64,000 bases of DNA. It comes from Octopus vulgaris. Taxonomy: Eukaryota. This document shows positions 1-11,896 of this stretch, in pieces. The notes under the pieces were generated by a model. That model made no database searches. It worked only from the letters and a program-made list of their open reading frames with translations, and was not told the origin of the DNA. The position numbers and the translations under genes are program-made. Every line of letters begins with the position of its first letter. The stretch's first letter is position 1. The DNA lies in NCBI GenBank assembly GCA_951406725.2, contig OX597820.1, positions 49,290,001 to 49,354,000 on the forward strand, read 5' to 3'.

Positions 1-39
1 AACGATAGCTACGATGATCACTTAATTGTGGTGTTAACT

Positions 40-200
40 GTCATTTAGCTCCTAGTTGATCCTAACGTCAAAACAATCCAAGATTTAATATCGTTTTTTT
101 GTTTTCCTTTTCTTTCTTTATCATATTAAGCAGAGTCTAAGATTGCGTTATCATTTTATGGACAGTAGGTTATGATTTGAGTGACATTTGGCTACGGTGA
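40..200 (-). mobile_element. Degraded interspersed repeat, family E
   Basis: TTTAGCTCCTAGTTGATC and TGATTTGAGTGACATTTGGCTAC are reverse complements of motifs in the copies at 54088, 57205 and 61820. Confidence 0.4.
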
Positions 201-979
201 GTGTCGCGGCAAAGCCATTGTAATCATCATAATAGAAGTACTTCTATTATCAAGAAGTACTTGATTCGTTAATATCAGTCAATTCGATAAAGCATCATTT
301 GATCAAATCTTTAAACGATTAGGTTGTTAAATGGTTAATCGATGAGGCTGTTAATCGATTAGTCTGTAAAATGGTTTATTATTTAAGACGTATGTGACCT
401 TATGAATGACTCTGTACTCATTGAACAACTTCTTCTCGGTACCTATTGCACGTTTGCTGTAATCAGCTTCAACAGACAATTTCACATCAAGAATATTTCA
501 AAAGAAACAGAAATTATTAAAGCCATTTCAGCTACTATGGTAAACACCTAAATATACATTACGATTTCCTTAGACCTCCTTGGTGAACGGTATTCACCAC
601 ACTTACTGAAGACATGGTGATGAGAAAATGGCTAATTAAATATATAAAACTGTAAGTCCGTAGGCGTGGAAGTTTAACGAGTTTTACAAACACAAAAACT
701 GCAGAAACTATGGAATAGCATTTTTATACAGTTGCTTCTCTGCATAATTGCCCTTAGTTGATTTCCCTTTAACTAGGTGGTTTCTTCACGCCTACACGTT
801 TATGGTACCGTAAGTTTATTTCGTAAACCCTTCATAAGCACTTTGTCAAGTAATGTTATACAACTGAAGCTGTGAATTATTTTTCATGCTTGGCATTTTT
901 AAGTAATTATATTAACGTTAGCATATTCAATGTAGTAAAAATGAACATAAAAAATTAATGTCGTCACATTCAAGGTCTC

Positions 980-1047
<68 letters not shown>

Positions 1048-1053
1048 TAATAA
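980..1053. repeat. (AAT)n microsatellite
   Basis: Direct reading. Confidence 0.97.
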
Positions 1054-1509
1054 CAGTGAAACATATGCGAAAGATACATCCGAAATCAAAATCGGAAAGT
1101 TTACAAACTATAAGATATAAGTAGAACAAAACAGTAAGTAGGTAAATTGATTAATTACGTGTATTCCCAAATGTTTATCCAATCATGTATACATATTAAT
1201 ACCCATTGTACTACATATACACCCCAATGTTTACACAACTACGTGAACTTCACAAGACACACATACACATATAGGAAAGCATGTGTCAGAAACGAAGCAC
1301 AGACAGAATGAACAATTCCTAAGTTTAAAACACCATAAAGAAACTGTGCCCGGAGATATGTATGCCAACAAAAAATAATAAATAAATAAATATATACAGG
1401 TGTCTACAAGTCAGCCTTAAGAAGCTAAGTTACGAGCAATGTTTTCATTCAGAGAACTCGGAGGCGGTATTGTCTTAAAAAGTTAACGCTAAATAGATAG
1501 ATCCGTTCC

Positions 1510-2107
1510 CCGATGTCAACGTCCAAGCTCGTCATGCCTCAATGACAACGAAGCAAAATACACACCGGACATATTCCGTGGCCCGGGTCAATAAGGGCCG
1601 CACACCCCAGTGAGGACCGGACTTAGTGCGAAAAATCAGCTACTGGTTCAATTCTTCCCGAAACGCAAGACCTGGAAGCATTCCACAACCGGAATGTTCC
1701 AATAGAGTGCCATCCACGCTCATCATCAAATAACCAAAAAAAAAAAAAAATGAAAAATGGTCAACGGAAGATAATAAAGAAGTTCTTAAGACATTCTATC
1801 GTGCCTCATATAGAGAGAAGCACCTTGAAGTATGGTCCCACATAGATAGTAAGGAGCTTGCTAAGATCAGAAGAAACATTACAAAAAGAAACTACTGTCT
1901 GAATTAGAGGTTGACCAAATTAAACAATCAGTGAAGCATAAAAGGAACGAAGTTGAAGCTAAAGAAGATACTACTGAGGAAGGGATTTCAGACCAATCCA
2001 GATCTGAAGAAAATGCAGTAATAATAGAAAGAGTCAATGTAATTGATAAGCAAAGTGAAATACTTTTTGAACCAACCATAAATGCCAAGGAGGATTATAA
2101 GAGGTAA
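1510..2107 (+). mobile_element. Dong/R4-clade non-LTR retrotransposon, degraded N-terminal ORF fragment
   Basis: From 1755 the frame reads KWSTEDNKEVLKTFYRASYREKHLEVWSHIDSKELAKIRRNITKR, then after a frameshift KLLSELEVDQIKQSV. This matches the KWT-x-E-x-N...YY...W...LA...I...LS-x-x-E-I-x-x-I N-terminal pattern of Dong/Rex6/R4 ORFs. WPGSIRAA lies upstream. Confidence 0.7.
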
Positions 2108-2162
2108 AATCCGCCTTGCACTTGAAGATATAATATCAGTGAATGGTGCTGATATACAAAGA

Positions 2163-2541
2163 ATACTCTTTTACACTTTTACTTGTTTCAGTCATTTGAC
2201 TGCGGCCATGCTGGAGCACCGCCTTTAGTCGAGCAAATCGACCCCAAGACTTATTCTTTGTAAACCTAGTACTTATTCTATCGATCTCTATGGCCGAACC
2301 GCTAAGTTACGGGGACGCAAACACACCGGGGACAAACACAGACACACAAACACATACACACACATATACATATATATACGACGGGCTTCTTTCAGTTTCC
2401 GTCTACCAAATCCACTCACAAGGCTTTGGTCGGCCCGAGGCTATAGTAGAAGACACTTGCCCAAGGTGCCACGCACTATGAACCCGGAACTATGTGGTCG
2501 GTAAGCAAGCTTCTTACCACCCAGCAACTCCTGCGCCTATT
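2163..2541 (-). mobile_element. SINE-A, near full-length tRNA-derived SINE with CORE-like segment and LINE-derived tail
   Basis: Minus strand: A-box-like TTGCTGGGTGG, B-box-like GGGTTCA, CORE-like GGCACCTTGGGCAAGTGTC, internal (TA)/(TG) tract, tail GGCGGTGCTCCAGCATGGCCGCAGTCAAATGACTGAAAC; many homologous copies in this window. Confidence 0.9.
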
Positions 2542-2589
2542 AAATATATTTAATACAAAAATACATATTAAATATATTTAATACAAAAA

Positions 2590-3000
2590 ATTAACATATG
2601 ATTATATACAAAAGTGTCCGACTTACACAGAATACAAATGATATCAGGAATTAAAAAGATTGAATAAAAGTTCCCATCTTCAATATGTTTCTGTCAACAA
2701 CTCTAGTGTGAAACTTCTTCCCTGAATACGGAGGCTGGTAGTATCCGATGAAGGAATCAAGTTACAATCATTATTTTGTACCACCAAGCACCTAGAAGCA
2801 GCTGTTGGACTCGTAAAATTCTTACTCAACCCCTTTAATACGTGATATCACTTCTCTTCTGCGTAAGTGGGACCTCTTTATATGTGAACAGATGTACATG
2901 TTTTGTAATAAATGTATTTTACATACATTGTATATTCAGCTGCCTAACTTGCTTATCCTTACATTTACTCCTCTAACTGAACAAGTTCAAACCTCTTCAG
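2590..3000 (+). mobile_element. Possible Penelope-like terminal repeat remnant with degenerate hammerhead motif
   Basis: CCGATGAAGG...CCTAGAAGCAGCTGTT at 2745-2806 resembles the CTGATGA...GAAACAGCTGT motif of Penelope termini. Confidence 0.4.
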
Positions 3001-3329
3001 CACTAAGAAGTGTATTCTATACGGAGAATATCTACCTCTCGTTTATAAACTATATATATATGTGTATGCGTGTGTATGTGTGTGCGCGCTGTGTATGTTG
3101 GTATGTCTGTATATAAGAAATATTCTACACTATTTACTCCCTCTTGGCTTTTAAATATGTACTCACATGCCTGGGTCTTACTCACACTCTCTTTCAGCAT
3201 ATATGTGCGTGGAGAGAAAATAATTATACTTTTGAGAGAATAAGGGTAACAGTGACTTCGAGCAATCGGCCTGCTAGCAAAAACATAGATACATACATAT
3301 TAGCATCACTAAATTCTGTTCGATATTCT

Positions 3330-3466
3330 TATATTTGTTTCAGTCATTTGACTGTACCCATACTGGAGCACCGCCTTTAGTCGAGCAAATCGCCCCCGGG
3401 ACTTATTCTTTCTAAGCCTAATATTTATTCTATCGGTCACTTTTGTTACAGGGATGTAATACACCA

Positions 3467-3470
<4 letters not shown>
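3330..3470 (-). mobile_element. SINE-A, 3' fragment
   Basis: TTTCAGTCATTTGACTGTACCCATACTGGAGCACCGCCTTTAGTCGAGCAAATCG matches 2185-2240. Confidence 0.88.
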
Positions 3471-3509
<39 letters not shown>

Positions 3510-3902
3510 CTTTTATTTGATGCAGTCATTAGGCTACAACCATGCTGGGGCAACGCCTTGGAGAAATTTAGTTTGAATGAATCTACCCTAGTACTTACAT
3601 TTTTTAAAGCCTGTTACACATCTATTGAAATCTTTTAATAAGCTGCGAGGTTATGGGGATGTAAATACAGACACAACGGCACACTCACACACACGCACAC
3701 ATACACACACACATACACACACACAAATATAAAAAAATATATACGATGAGTTTCTTTCAGTTTCCGTTTACCAAAATCCATTCAGATGCCTTTCGTGGGC
3801 ATCAGGCAATAGCAGAAGACACTTGCCAATGTTCCGCACAGTTGGACTGAACCTTGAACGATAGGTTGGGGAGCAAGTTTCTTACCACGCAGCCACGCCA
3901 TA
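3510..3902 (-). mobile_element. SINE-A, diverged full-length copy
   Basis: Colinear with 2163-2541 (CCATGCTGGGGCAACGCC ... AGAAGACACTTGCC ... CTTACCACGCAGCCACGCC). Confidence 0.85.
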
Positions 3903-4454
3903 TGTATTATATATGTTTATATATGTATATATTTATGTCTGTATGTATTATATGCATACATTCATACAAACACACGCACATGGAAACACACAAAATCACA
4001 CACACACACACACACATATTTGTATATGTATATTTGCATGCGCGTGTGTGTATATATATGTGTGTATGTGTGTGCTGCATGCATAAGTACATGCATACAT
4101 GCATTTATACATGCATCCATGCATTTATACGTGCGTATCTGTATGTGTGTCTGAATCTTTGAATGTTTGTGTTTAAATGGTTGACTGTGTTAGGAAAAAT
4201 AATGCTCGTCTTATCTGACATAAAATAAGCTTGTTCCCATGTGGCTATTTGATACTGCATCAAACCAGAAGGATGATTTATATCATAGCGGATGTAACTT
4301 CCCTATTATATACCATCCCAAGGGCTGTCGGCTCCATGTTCTTTCACCCTTAAACCACCCTTCAGTAATATAAACTATACACTAAATGAACGTATGAAAG
4401 TGATTACTGCGATATCTACTCAAATTGTATAATCATACATGACGAGACAAATGT

Positions 4455-4639
4455 GTGAGTGTATGTGTAAGTATGTATGTATGTATGTATGTATGTATGC
4501 ATGTATGTATGCATGTATTCATGTGTGTGTATGTGTGAAGGTATGCTTCCTTGTATGTATATATGTATGTATTCATTTTTATATGTGTGTATATATATAT
4601 TTATTTTTATATGTATATATATGTATGTGTATATATATG

Positions 4640-4700
<61 letters not shown>

Positions 4701-4701
4701 T

Positions 4702-4755
<54 letters not shown>

Positions 4756-4822
4756 CAGAAAGAGAGAGAGAGATGAGATATGTTGATAGATGGATGGATG
4801 GATGGATGGATAGGTAGATAGA
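4455..4822. repeat. Compound (TATG)n/(TA)n/(GA)n/(GGAT)n microsatellite
   Basis: Direct reading. Confidence 0.95.
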
Positions 4823-5049
4823 TTTTTTTATTCTCTAATTTTCCATTAACTTCATTTTTTTCTTTTCGAATGCAATTTGGAGTGGACCCAGTGCCTATAT
4901 AAATTTGTGGCTTCATTGGTGTACATTACAGAACGATTCTATAACAGGACAAAAAAACGATTGCTGGTATTTACATAAGCTCGCACCAACCCACACATTC
5001 ACGTACTCTCACAACCACAATTTCCACATATTTATGCATACATGTGTGT

Positions 5050-5069
5050 ATGTGCGCGTGCGTGCGTGC

Positions 5070-5147
<78 letters not shown>
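5050..5147. repeat. (TGCG)n/(TG)n microsatellite
   Basis: Direct reading. Confidence 0.97.
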
Positions 5148-5148
<1 letters not shown>

Positions 5149-5471
5149 TGCGCACGCGTGTATGTGTGTACTTGTGTGAATATGTTGAGTAGTAAACGTT
5201 TCTGCATTTACTGCGGCTCTCTGATTTCAAATATCGCCGAAACGAAGAATATTGCAAAAGCAAGAGTCTGGCAGGTTATACATGTTTCGATTATTTATAT
5301 TCTGAGTTCAAACGTCGCCGGAGTCAACTCGCCTTTCTTCCTTTTTCATATTTGTGTTCTCTGAAAAAAAAATGTTTATGAGTAGGTTTCATCTGATATT
5401 GAAGGTAACTTTCTCCAGTTTTAAATGGAAAATCATAGATTTACGAAATATTGAATTGTTATTCCAGAGTA

Positions 5472-5744
5472 TAGCAATCCCTCGCCATATCGCGGTTCCC
5501 CTATCTCGGTTCACCAATCGCGGTTTATTATTCAAAGTTACGTCGATTCCTCCGTGGTGTTATTTTGCATTTGTGATTAAATAAATATGTACAAATCATA
5601 AAAATAAAAAAAATAAATATACAGTACAGTATATTTACGTATGTTATAGAGTGCAATATATTACAGTATGTTTCTATTTCGCGGATTTTCACCTATCGCG
5701 GGGGATTGTTGAACGTAACGCCTGCGATAGTCGTGGAACTACGG
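5472..5744. mobile_element. Tigger/pogo-like (Tc1-mariner) MITE
   Basis: Left end TA|TAGCAATCCCTCGCCATATCGCGG and diverged inverted right end GCGATAGTCGTGGAACTACG; internal ATCGCGG repeats as in Tigger-like MITEs. Confidence 0.65.
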
Positions 5745-5829
5745 CATTGTATTTTAATTGAAGAGGAAAACAATCAAAGTATTTGTTCACGTACGAAATG
5801 ATATGTGGCTTAATCATATATTGATGTTT

Positions 5830-6000
5830 TACTTATTTCAGTCATTTTCTACAGCCATTCTGGGACAGCTTCCTTAAAGGATTTAATCGATCAAATCGAT
5901 TCCAGTACTTACTTTCAAGTGTGGTATTTATTGAGTTGTTCATTAGACGTACTGCCAAGTTAGGAGGCTGTAAACAACCCGACATTGGCTTAATAGTAAT
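5830..6000 (-). mobile_element. SINE-A, old 3' fragment
   Basis: TTATTTCAGTCATTTTCTACAGCCATTCTGGG ... CCAGTACTTA ... GCCAAGTTAGGAGGCTGTAAAC is colinear with the SINE-A tail. Confidence 0.65.
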
Positions 6001-6149
6001 GGAATAATTTTGGCTATAGATCTTTTCATTAAAACCGACCTGGGAATAAGCAACATACCAACAATACATTTTATAAGTGATTGTTGGTCAGTTATAAGTT
6101 GGTGATAATATTTATGGCAATTATTTTACAAACCTATTTCATTGCATTT

Positions 6150-7090
6150 TCTAGTTCTTATTGAATATGGAGATGCCATAAAGTTTTATGCAATGCAGGA
6201 ATACTAAGGCCGTTCTTTGTATCACTATTATTGCTAAACCTCACACACATTCCCTTAAAATATACAACTATATATCTTTTATGTTTTAATGACTGGCAGT
6301 TGGAAATTAAAACTGTCCCTGAAAACAAACTAGTTACCTTGTTTGTAACTCTAGAATGGCTTCTGATTGTAGAATAGACAGGTTTAAATATCATGATGTG
6401 CTACAATGACCACGAAATCCCACAAATTTCAGGTTTTGTATGTATGAGGATTTCATAAAACCACAAGACCGGTTTAATTGCTGAAGATATTGAAAATTAT
6501 CACTTTGGCTCTGCAATTATTTGAATCTTATCCTTTAAAATATCACATGATTAACTCCATCGTTTATTAACTATAGCCAAGTCTCATATATCGTGGTATG
6601 TTGTCCAGTGACAAATATTGTCGATGACATTAGTTAAGTTCTGCCTGCATCACATCTACGTGTATCGCTTTGAAAAGCTTCTTTAAAGTACAATTATAAT
6701 TTTGCGGCAACTGTGTAGGGAATATAACAGATGGGTTAAAACCATGCTAAGTAGTATCACTTAGCTTTGCATAATCCAATTATTACTGCTAATTCGTTCC
6801 TTGAGCTTAGTGATAGTTGAAGATAGAGGAGATAAGTCTGTAATTTTGAACATCTTTACTGCTTCCTTACTTTGGAATAATCCAATTTCTCATTTTATTC
6901 AAATTCATTCTGACTTTATCACTTCTAATGAAGCATTGTAAAGGTATATGCAACGATTTTACTTCAAGCGTGTCAGGAGAAACGTGTTGCAAACAGATGC
7001 CCTGTTACCAATTAGCAGGTACATTCTACGACAGATATTACAACTCATTTGTATCGATGAAATTGATTGTTCTATTGTTGAGCAAATCTA
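6150..7090 (-). pseudogene. Ancient, heavily decayed CR1-group LINE reverse transcriptase relic
   Basis: Minus strand 6866-6510, across frameshifts and stops, reads GSSKDVQNYRLIS..KLKERISSNKL..SDTT*HGFNPSVIFPTQLPQNYNCTLKKLFKAIHVDVM..DLAIVNK..DILKDKIQII. This is colinear with [50 protein letters not shown] in the ORF at 10019-11488. Outer limits are approximate. Confidence 0.7.
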
Positions 7091-7279
7091 ACTGTGCTGT
7101 TTGAAACAAATGAAGCCGTGATTAAATAGATCATTTAATATACATTCTAGTTTGTGAGTGTTTGCAATAAAATAGGCTCTATTTTCGCTCATATGCACAA
7201 GCAAATACACGGTTATCCATATTTATGTACGTATGTATATATGTGTAGATACATATATATATATGTATATATATTTATT

Positions 7280-7570
7280 TTATAGAAGGAGCTTCTACAG
7301 GACTAGAACTGTTTCATTTAAAAATGAAATCATCAGGAAGCTTGGTGTCAATAACAGTTTTGGCATTTATACACACACACATATATATATATATAAGTTC
7401 AGCAAGAATTTAGATTCAGATGAATATGGTACTTAAGTTAAAGGAACCAGAATTTGGTACGGTATTATCCATATAAATCAAATGGGGTGATTATAATCAA
7501 AATAGGCAACAAGGATATCCAAAGGTAGTGTAGTACAATCGTTTCATGCTACTTCATTTAATTAAACAGG
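7280..7570 (-). mobile_element. Penelope-like terminal repeat remnant
   Basis: Contains a hammerhead motif (7290-7342) and a second 3'-half motif GAAAC-GATT-GTA (7534-7545, minus strand); embedded between (TA)n tracts. Confidence 0.55.
7290..7342 (-). ncRNA. Type I hammerhead ribozyme motif (stem II weak)
   Basis: Minus strand: AGCUUC-CUGAUGA-UUUCAUUUUUAAAU-GAAA-CAG-UUCUAGUC-CUG-UA-GAAGCU. 6-bp stem I, intact core, 4-bp stem III, GUA cleavage triplet. Confidence 0.65.
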
Positions 7571-7578
7571 ATATATAT

Positions 7579-7618
<40 letters not shown>

Positions 7619-9032
7619 GCATACATGCATGTATCAACAATATAGCTGAAATTAAATAGCTCTTGCATAGTTCCCACTCAGTAACTACTCGGAAACTTTG
7701 GGGTCAAACTGTGATTCAGGCGTTGAGTGTTTTCGAATGTGATTTTCTAATGCTAATTTTTGAGGAAACTTCCGTCATACGATTTAATGAAATAATTCGC
7801 ATCTGATCAAAAACATGAAATTTTCGGCCGAAAAGAAAAATAGAATATAAGATTGCTTTCATTTGTAAACATGATTAGCAAAATGTGCAAAAAAAGTAAA
7901 TTTGGTTATGTGAGGCTTTATTAACAAACATGCTCCTCTGATGACAAAGCTGACTGTAATCATCATATATTGAAGCAAAAAATTGAAGTAACGTTAATTA
8001 TGAATTCTATCAATATGATGAAAGAGGAAATAATCGAAAAAAGCACGTTGTATACTATGTTAATGCTACATATAAGTTAAAATGAATCGAATTAAACTCA
8101 AATTAAACATAAAACCTATCTATTCTAGTTTCAGTTAATTGAAGTGTTCAACTCATAGTTATAATAATGCTACACAATATAAACATAAAGTGTATGCATA
8201 CATGTGTGATGTTATTGCATATTTTCCAGGTTTTCATTTTCAAAACTCTCAGCCATAGCAAAAGGGCCGATTTCTAGCCTAGAAATGAAACTCTTTCATT
8301 GGTATTTAGTCAATGTGAAGAGAGTAATCTTTCTTATGCGAATGTAGGTATGTATACTAATGTACAGGCACGCATTCGTACATTTAGATATGCATATATG
8401 TACGTAGTCGTAGGTGTTTGCAGTGATGTGCTGTTGCGTGGATCTTATTTTGTGTTAAATTTCAAAGAAGTTTTATATATTTTAAGGGTGCATAAAGCAG
8501 CATGTAGTGGTAATCATGTGATTAGCCATGCTATTTTTTCATTTTGTGAAATTCAACGTTTCAAAACTAGAAATAAGGTATCTAGTCAAGTAAAACGTAA
8601 GTCAGTGATTGCTGACAGAAATCTACTGCAGTAGTTTGCATGGAATAGTAACATATTTTGTATCAGTAGAGCATTGATGTTTCCGTTTGTGAAAGACATT
8701 TGTAACAAGTTGAGATTTGAAGGACAATTGATTCCAACAATTACGCATTTTATACATATTCTCAGGCACTGCTCCTTCAGTCTAGCCCGATATACGTACA
8801 TATTATCGAAGTATTCTTAAAGGCATCCCGACAGCATTCTTCGATATTACGTGAAATTTTACATTGAAATCAAACGCGATTATACCAACATTACGTTTCA
8901 TATTTAGATAATAAACTAATGACCTTTACAAGCAACTACTTATGGTGTGGGTGATTTACTCTGTCTAAATTCTACAGCGTCTATATACGTTGTCTCGTAT
9001 TGGTGGTTTACCTGCATCCAAACCCCGTAATT

Positions 9033-9235
9033 GTGGAGGAACGTGGTTTAATGTTTAGGGCGTTGGATGCATGATACTGGACCGGATGACAAAGCACTTC
9101 ATTTCACGTTGCTCCAGTATACTTACCTGGCAAAAATTAGTTCTCCTGCACCGGACCAGCGTCCCGTCCAGGTGGGGAATTTATACGCCATGGAAACCGG
9201 GAAAGCGACACCTAGGAACAAGCATGACTTGAAAA
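9033..9235 (+). mobile_element. SINE-D, tRNA-derived CORE-like SINE, internally deleted
   Basis: GTGGAGGAACGTGGTTTAATGTTTAGGG head, AAAGCACTTCATTTCACGTTGCTCCAGT core, CCAGCGTCCCGTCCAGGTGGGGAAT...GGAAACCGGGAAA tail; homologous to 54475. Confidence 0.75.
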
Positions 9236-9749
9236 ACTACCTCAAACCCCTTAATTTGGCATCAGATATGTTGAGGTATTCCATGCAATGTTTCAAGAAA
9301 TATAACCTATAGTACAAGAGATAAATATTCGAGTTATTAATCTAGGATACACTACTATGTGTATCAATGTAAAATCACTTAGAACTGTTCTGGGAATACG
9401 GTCATGAATTAGTTTTTGTCAGACACTTATAGCTTGTCTTCCGAGCACGTATAGCCGTACACCTTTAGTAATTCCCTGACTGTGTATCACTGCTCATCAA
9501 GCCAGACATACTTAGTAATTCCTTTCCATCTAATGACATTATGCAGATTTGATCCACTCATGGATTTCTACATTTAGTTTTTAATTGATGTCTACAAAAA
9601 ATGATGCGACATTCAAAGGGCGGCTGAAATCTTGTTTCCTTGTTAAACAAAGGCAGTCAACATGACTGTTCATGCGGAAAATATATTTGAAATTGCAATT
9701 TCTTAAATACTATTTATACATATTTACACACAGGCACACACATATACAT

Positions 9750-9921
<172 letters not shown>

Positions 9922-11488
9922 TGATTGATTGATTGATTGATTGATTGATTCTAGTTTCAGCTTATGAGCTGTGGCCATGCTGGGGCACCGCCATTTTGTG
10001 TTGCTACTTGGTTTCACTTCATGGAGGCTTTCTAGCAGCTGCTATTTGGTGCATGAGAGAGTTCGATGCAGCTGCCCTCATCTGCCCCTCCTGCCGTGAA
10101 GTTGGTTCATCTGGGACACCTGACGGGAAGAGATCCAGCTTCATTTTAAAGACATCTGTATCCACCCCATGCAGGTCTCTCAGGTTCTTCGGGAGGATAT
10201 TGAAGAGCTGTGGGCCTCGGAAGCCCAGGCTATCACAGAATCTTGTCCTACATCTTGATGGCAGGTTTGGAGTCCTAGGCACCACGCAGTGGCGCCCAGT
10301 TCTGGCATTTGCGTAACTCTCGATGCCAAAGTTCAGGACACTTCCCTCCAGGATCTTCCAGATGTATATTATGGCATATCTTTCCCGCCTACGCTCCAGG
10401 GAATATAATTTTAATCTCTTGAGTCTTTCCCAGTAGCTTACATTCTGCATAGAGGCTATCTTCTTTGTGTAGCTTCGTTGGATCGCCTCAAGTTCTGTGA
10501 TCAACTTGACACTGGATGGTGACCATAGCTGAGAGCAATAGTCAAAGTGGCTTAGAACAAGTGTCTTCCAGAGGACCATCATGGTTTCTTGTTCTCTTGT
10601 TCTAAAGGTTCTAAGAATCCATCCAGCCAGCCGTCTACATTTCATTGTCAGTTTAGCAACATGTACATGAAAGGTCGCGTCATCACTCATGTGAATACCC
10701 AGGTCACGCACTGATTTTGCCTCTGGGATTGCAATCCCTCCGGGTCCAGTGTATTCATTGGGTATTGCATTCAGTTTTGCATGCTGATAGTATAAAGCTT
10801 GAAACTTTCCAGCATTGAACTGCATGCTATTCTTTTCAGCCCACTTGTATATTTCGTCCAGCTCACATTGCAGGTGTTTAGTGTCCTCAGGGTTCTGTAT
10901 TGCCTGTGAAACTTTTGTATCATCTGCATAACTTGTGATCGTGGCTCTCTGCGTGGCTGAGGGCATGTCTGAGAGGGCCATTATGAACAGTAGTGGTCCC
11001 AGAACAGTGCCCTGTGGAACACCGCTCACTATTTGTGTGTTAATGGAGGTGGCCCCATTGGCTACTACCACCTGACTTCTATCCTTCAGAAAGTCATGAA
11101 GCCATTCTCCCAGTTTTCCAACTATGTTGAGATCACGCAGTTTGTGACATATCATTCCATGATCGACTTTATCAAAGGCCTTTGCAAAGTCGAGATATAT
11201 CACTTCCACATTTGAGTGGTTGAGCAGCCGTTTCAGCACCCAGTCATAGTGTTGTGGGAGCTGAGTTAAGCAGCTTCTCCCTGGTCGGAAACCATGTTGG
11301 GTGTCGGGCAGCAAGTCATTCTCTTCAAGGAAGGTGATCAGCTTCCTTCTGACTATTCGTTCCATGACCTTGCTGATGTGTGAGGTCAGAGAGATAGGTC
11401 TATAGTTCTTGGCTTCCGCTCTGCTACCTCCTTTATGAATGGGGCATATTTTACCTTCCTTCAGTTTTCCTGGAAGTTTGCCAGCTGC
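9922..11488 (-). mobile_element. Young CR1-group non-LTR retrotransposon (3' portion; 5' part lost in the assembly gap)
   Basis: Uninterrupted RT ORF, a ~68-nt 3' UTR ending GGCGGTGCCCCAGCATGGCCACAGCTCATAAGCTGAAACTAG, and an (AATC)n tail at 9922-9950. Confidence 0.93.
10019..11488 (-). CDS. LINE ORF2 reverse transcriptase domain and C-terminus (partial, 5' open at the gap)
   Basis: Motifs [53 protein letters not shown] and [11 protein letters not shown]. The frame stays open for 41 codons upstream of the listed ATG at 11365, up to the N run. Confidence 0.93.
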   Translation of the reverse strand, partial: AAGKLPGKLKEGKICPIHKGGSRAEAKNYRPISLTSHISKVMERIVRRKLITFLEENDLLPDTQHGFRPGRSCLTQLPQHYDWVLKRLLNHSNVEVIYLDFAKAFDKVDHGMICHKLRDLNIVGKLGEWLHDFLKDRSQVVVANGATSINTQIVSGVPQGTVLGPLLFIMALSDMPSATQRATITSYADDTKVSQAIQNPEDTKHLQCELDEIYKWAEKNSMQFNAGKFQALYYQHAKLNAIPNEYTGPGGIAIPEAKSVRDLGIHMSDDATFHVHVAKLTMKCRRLAGWILRTFRTREQETMMVLWKTLVLSHFDYCSQLWSPSSVKLITELEAIQRSYTKKIASMQNVSYWERLKRLKLYSLERRRERYAIIYIWKILEGSVLNFGIESYANARTGRHCVVPRTPNLPSRCRTRFCDSLGFRGPQLFNILPKNLRDLHGVDTDVFKMKLDLFPSGVPDEPTSRQEGQMRAAASNSLMHQIAAARKPP

Positions 11489-11588
11489 NNNNNNNNNNNN
11501 NNNNNNNNNNNNNNNNNNNNNNNNNNNNNNNNNNNNNNNNNNNNNNNNNNNNNNNNNNNNNNNNNNNNNNNNNNNNNNNNNNNNNNNN
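11489..11588. other. Assembly gap (100 N)
   Basis: Run of exactly 100 N, typical of a placeholder scaffold gap. Confidence 0.99.
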
Positions 11589-11861
11589 TCCTTTTACTAG
11601 CTCGCTGACTTTCTTCTTTACATGCTATCTCTCTCTTTCTCTCATTCCCTTCTCTCTCTCATCCCCCCTCTCTCTCATCCCCGCTCTCTCTCTATGTATG
11701 CATTTAACAATTTTTCTATCCCTATTACAATCTATCTTTATAGAATATCTAATGTGTTTTTTGTTAAATTCATAGCTGTTAATTCAATCTCAATGTTTAC
11801 GTGTACAGAAGTGTACCAAGCACAAACATATATGTGTGTGTGTGACTGTGTATACATATAC

Positions 11862-11891
<30 letters not shown>

Positions 11892-11896
<5 letters not shown>

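Noticed and set aside
2538-2590. Duplicated palindrome TATTAAATATATTTAATA
   Set aside because: Pure AT low-complexity local duplication; expected by chance or slippage.
8400-8910. Possible decayed RTE-type RT on the minus strand (VGIIAFDF..., ...HITANTYD)
   Set aside because: Similarity is too weak to support without an alignment search.
9945-10316. Plus-strand 123-aa ORF (and the 60-aa ORF at 11033-11215)
   Set aside because: Antisense shadows of the LINE RT ORF.
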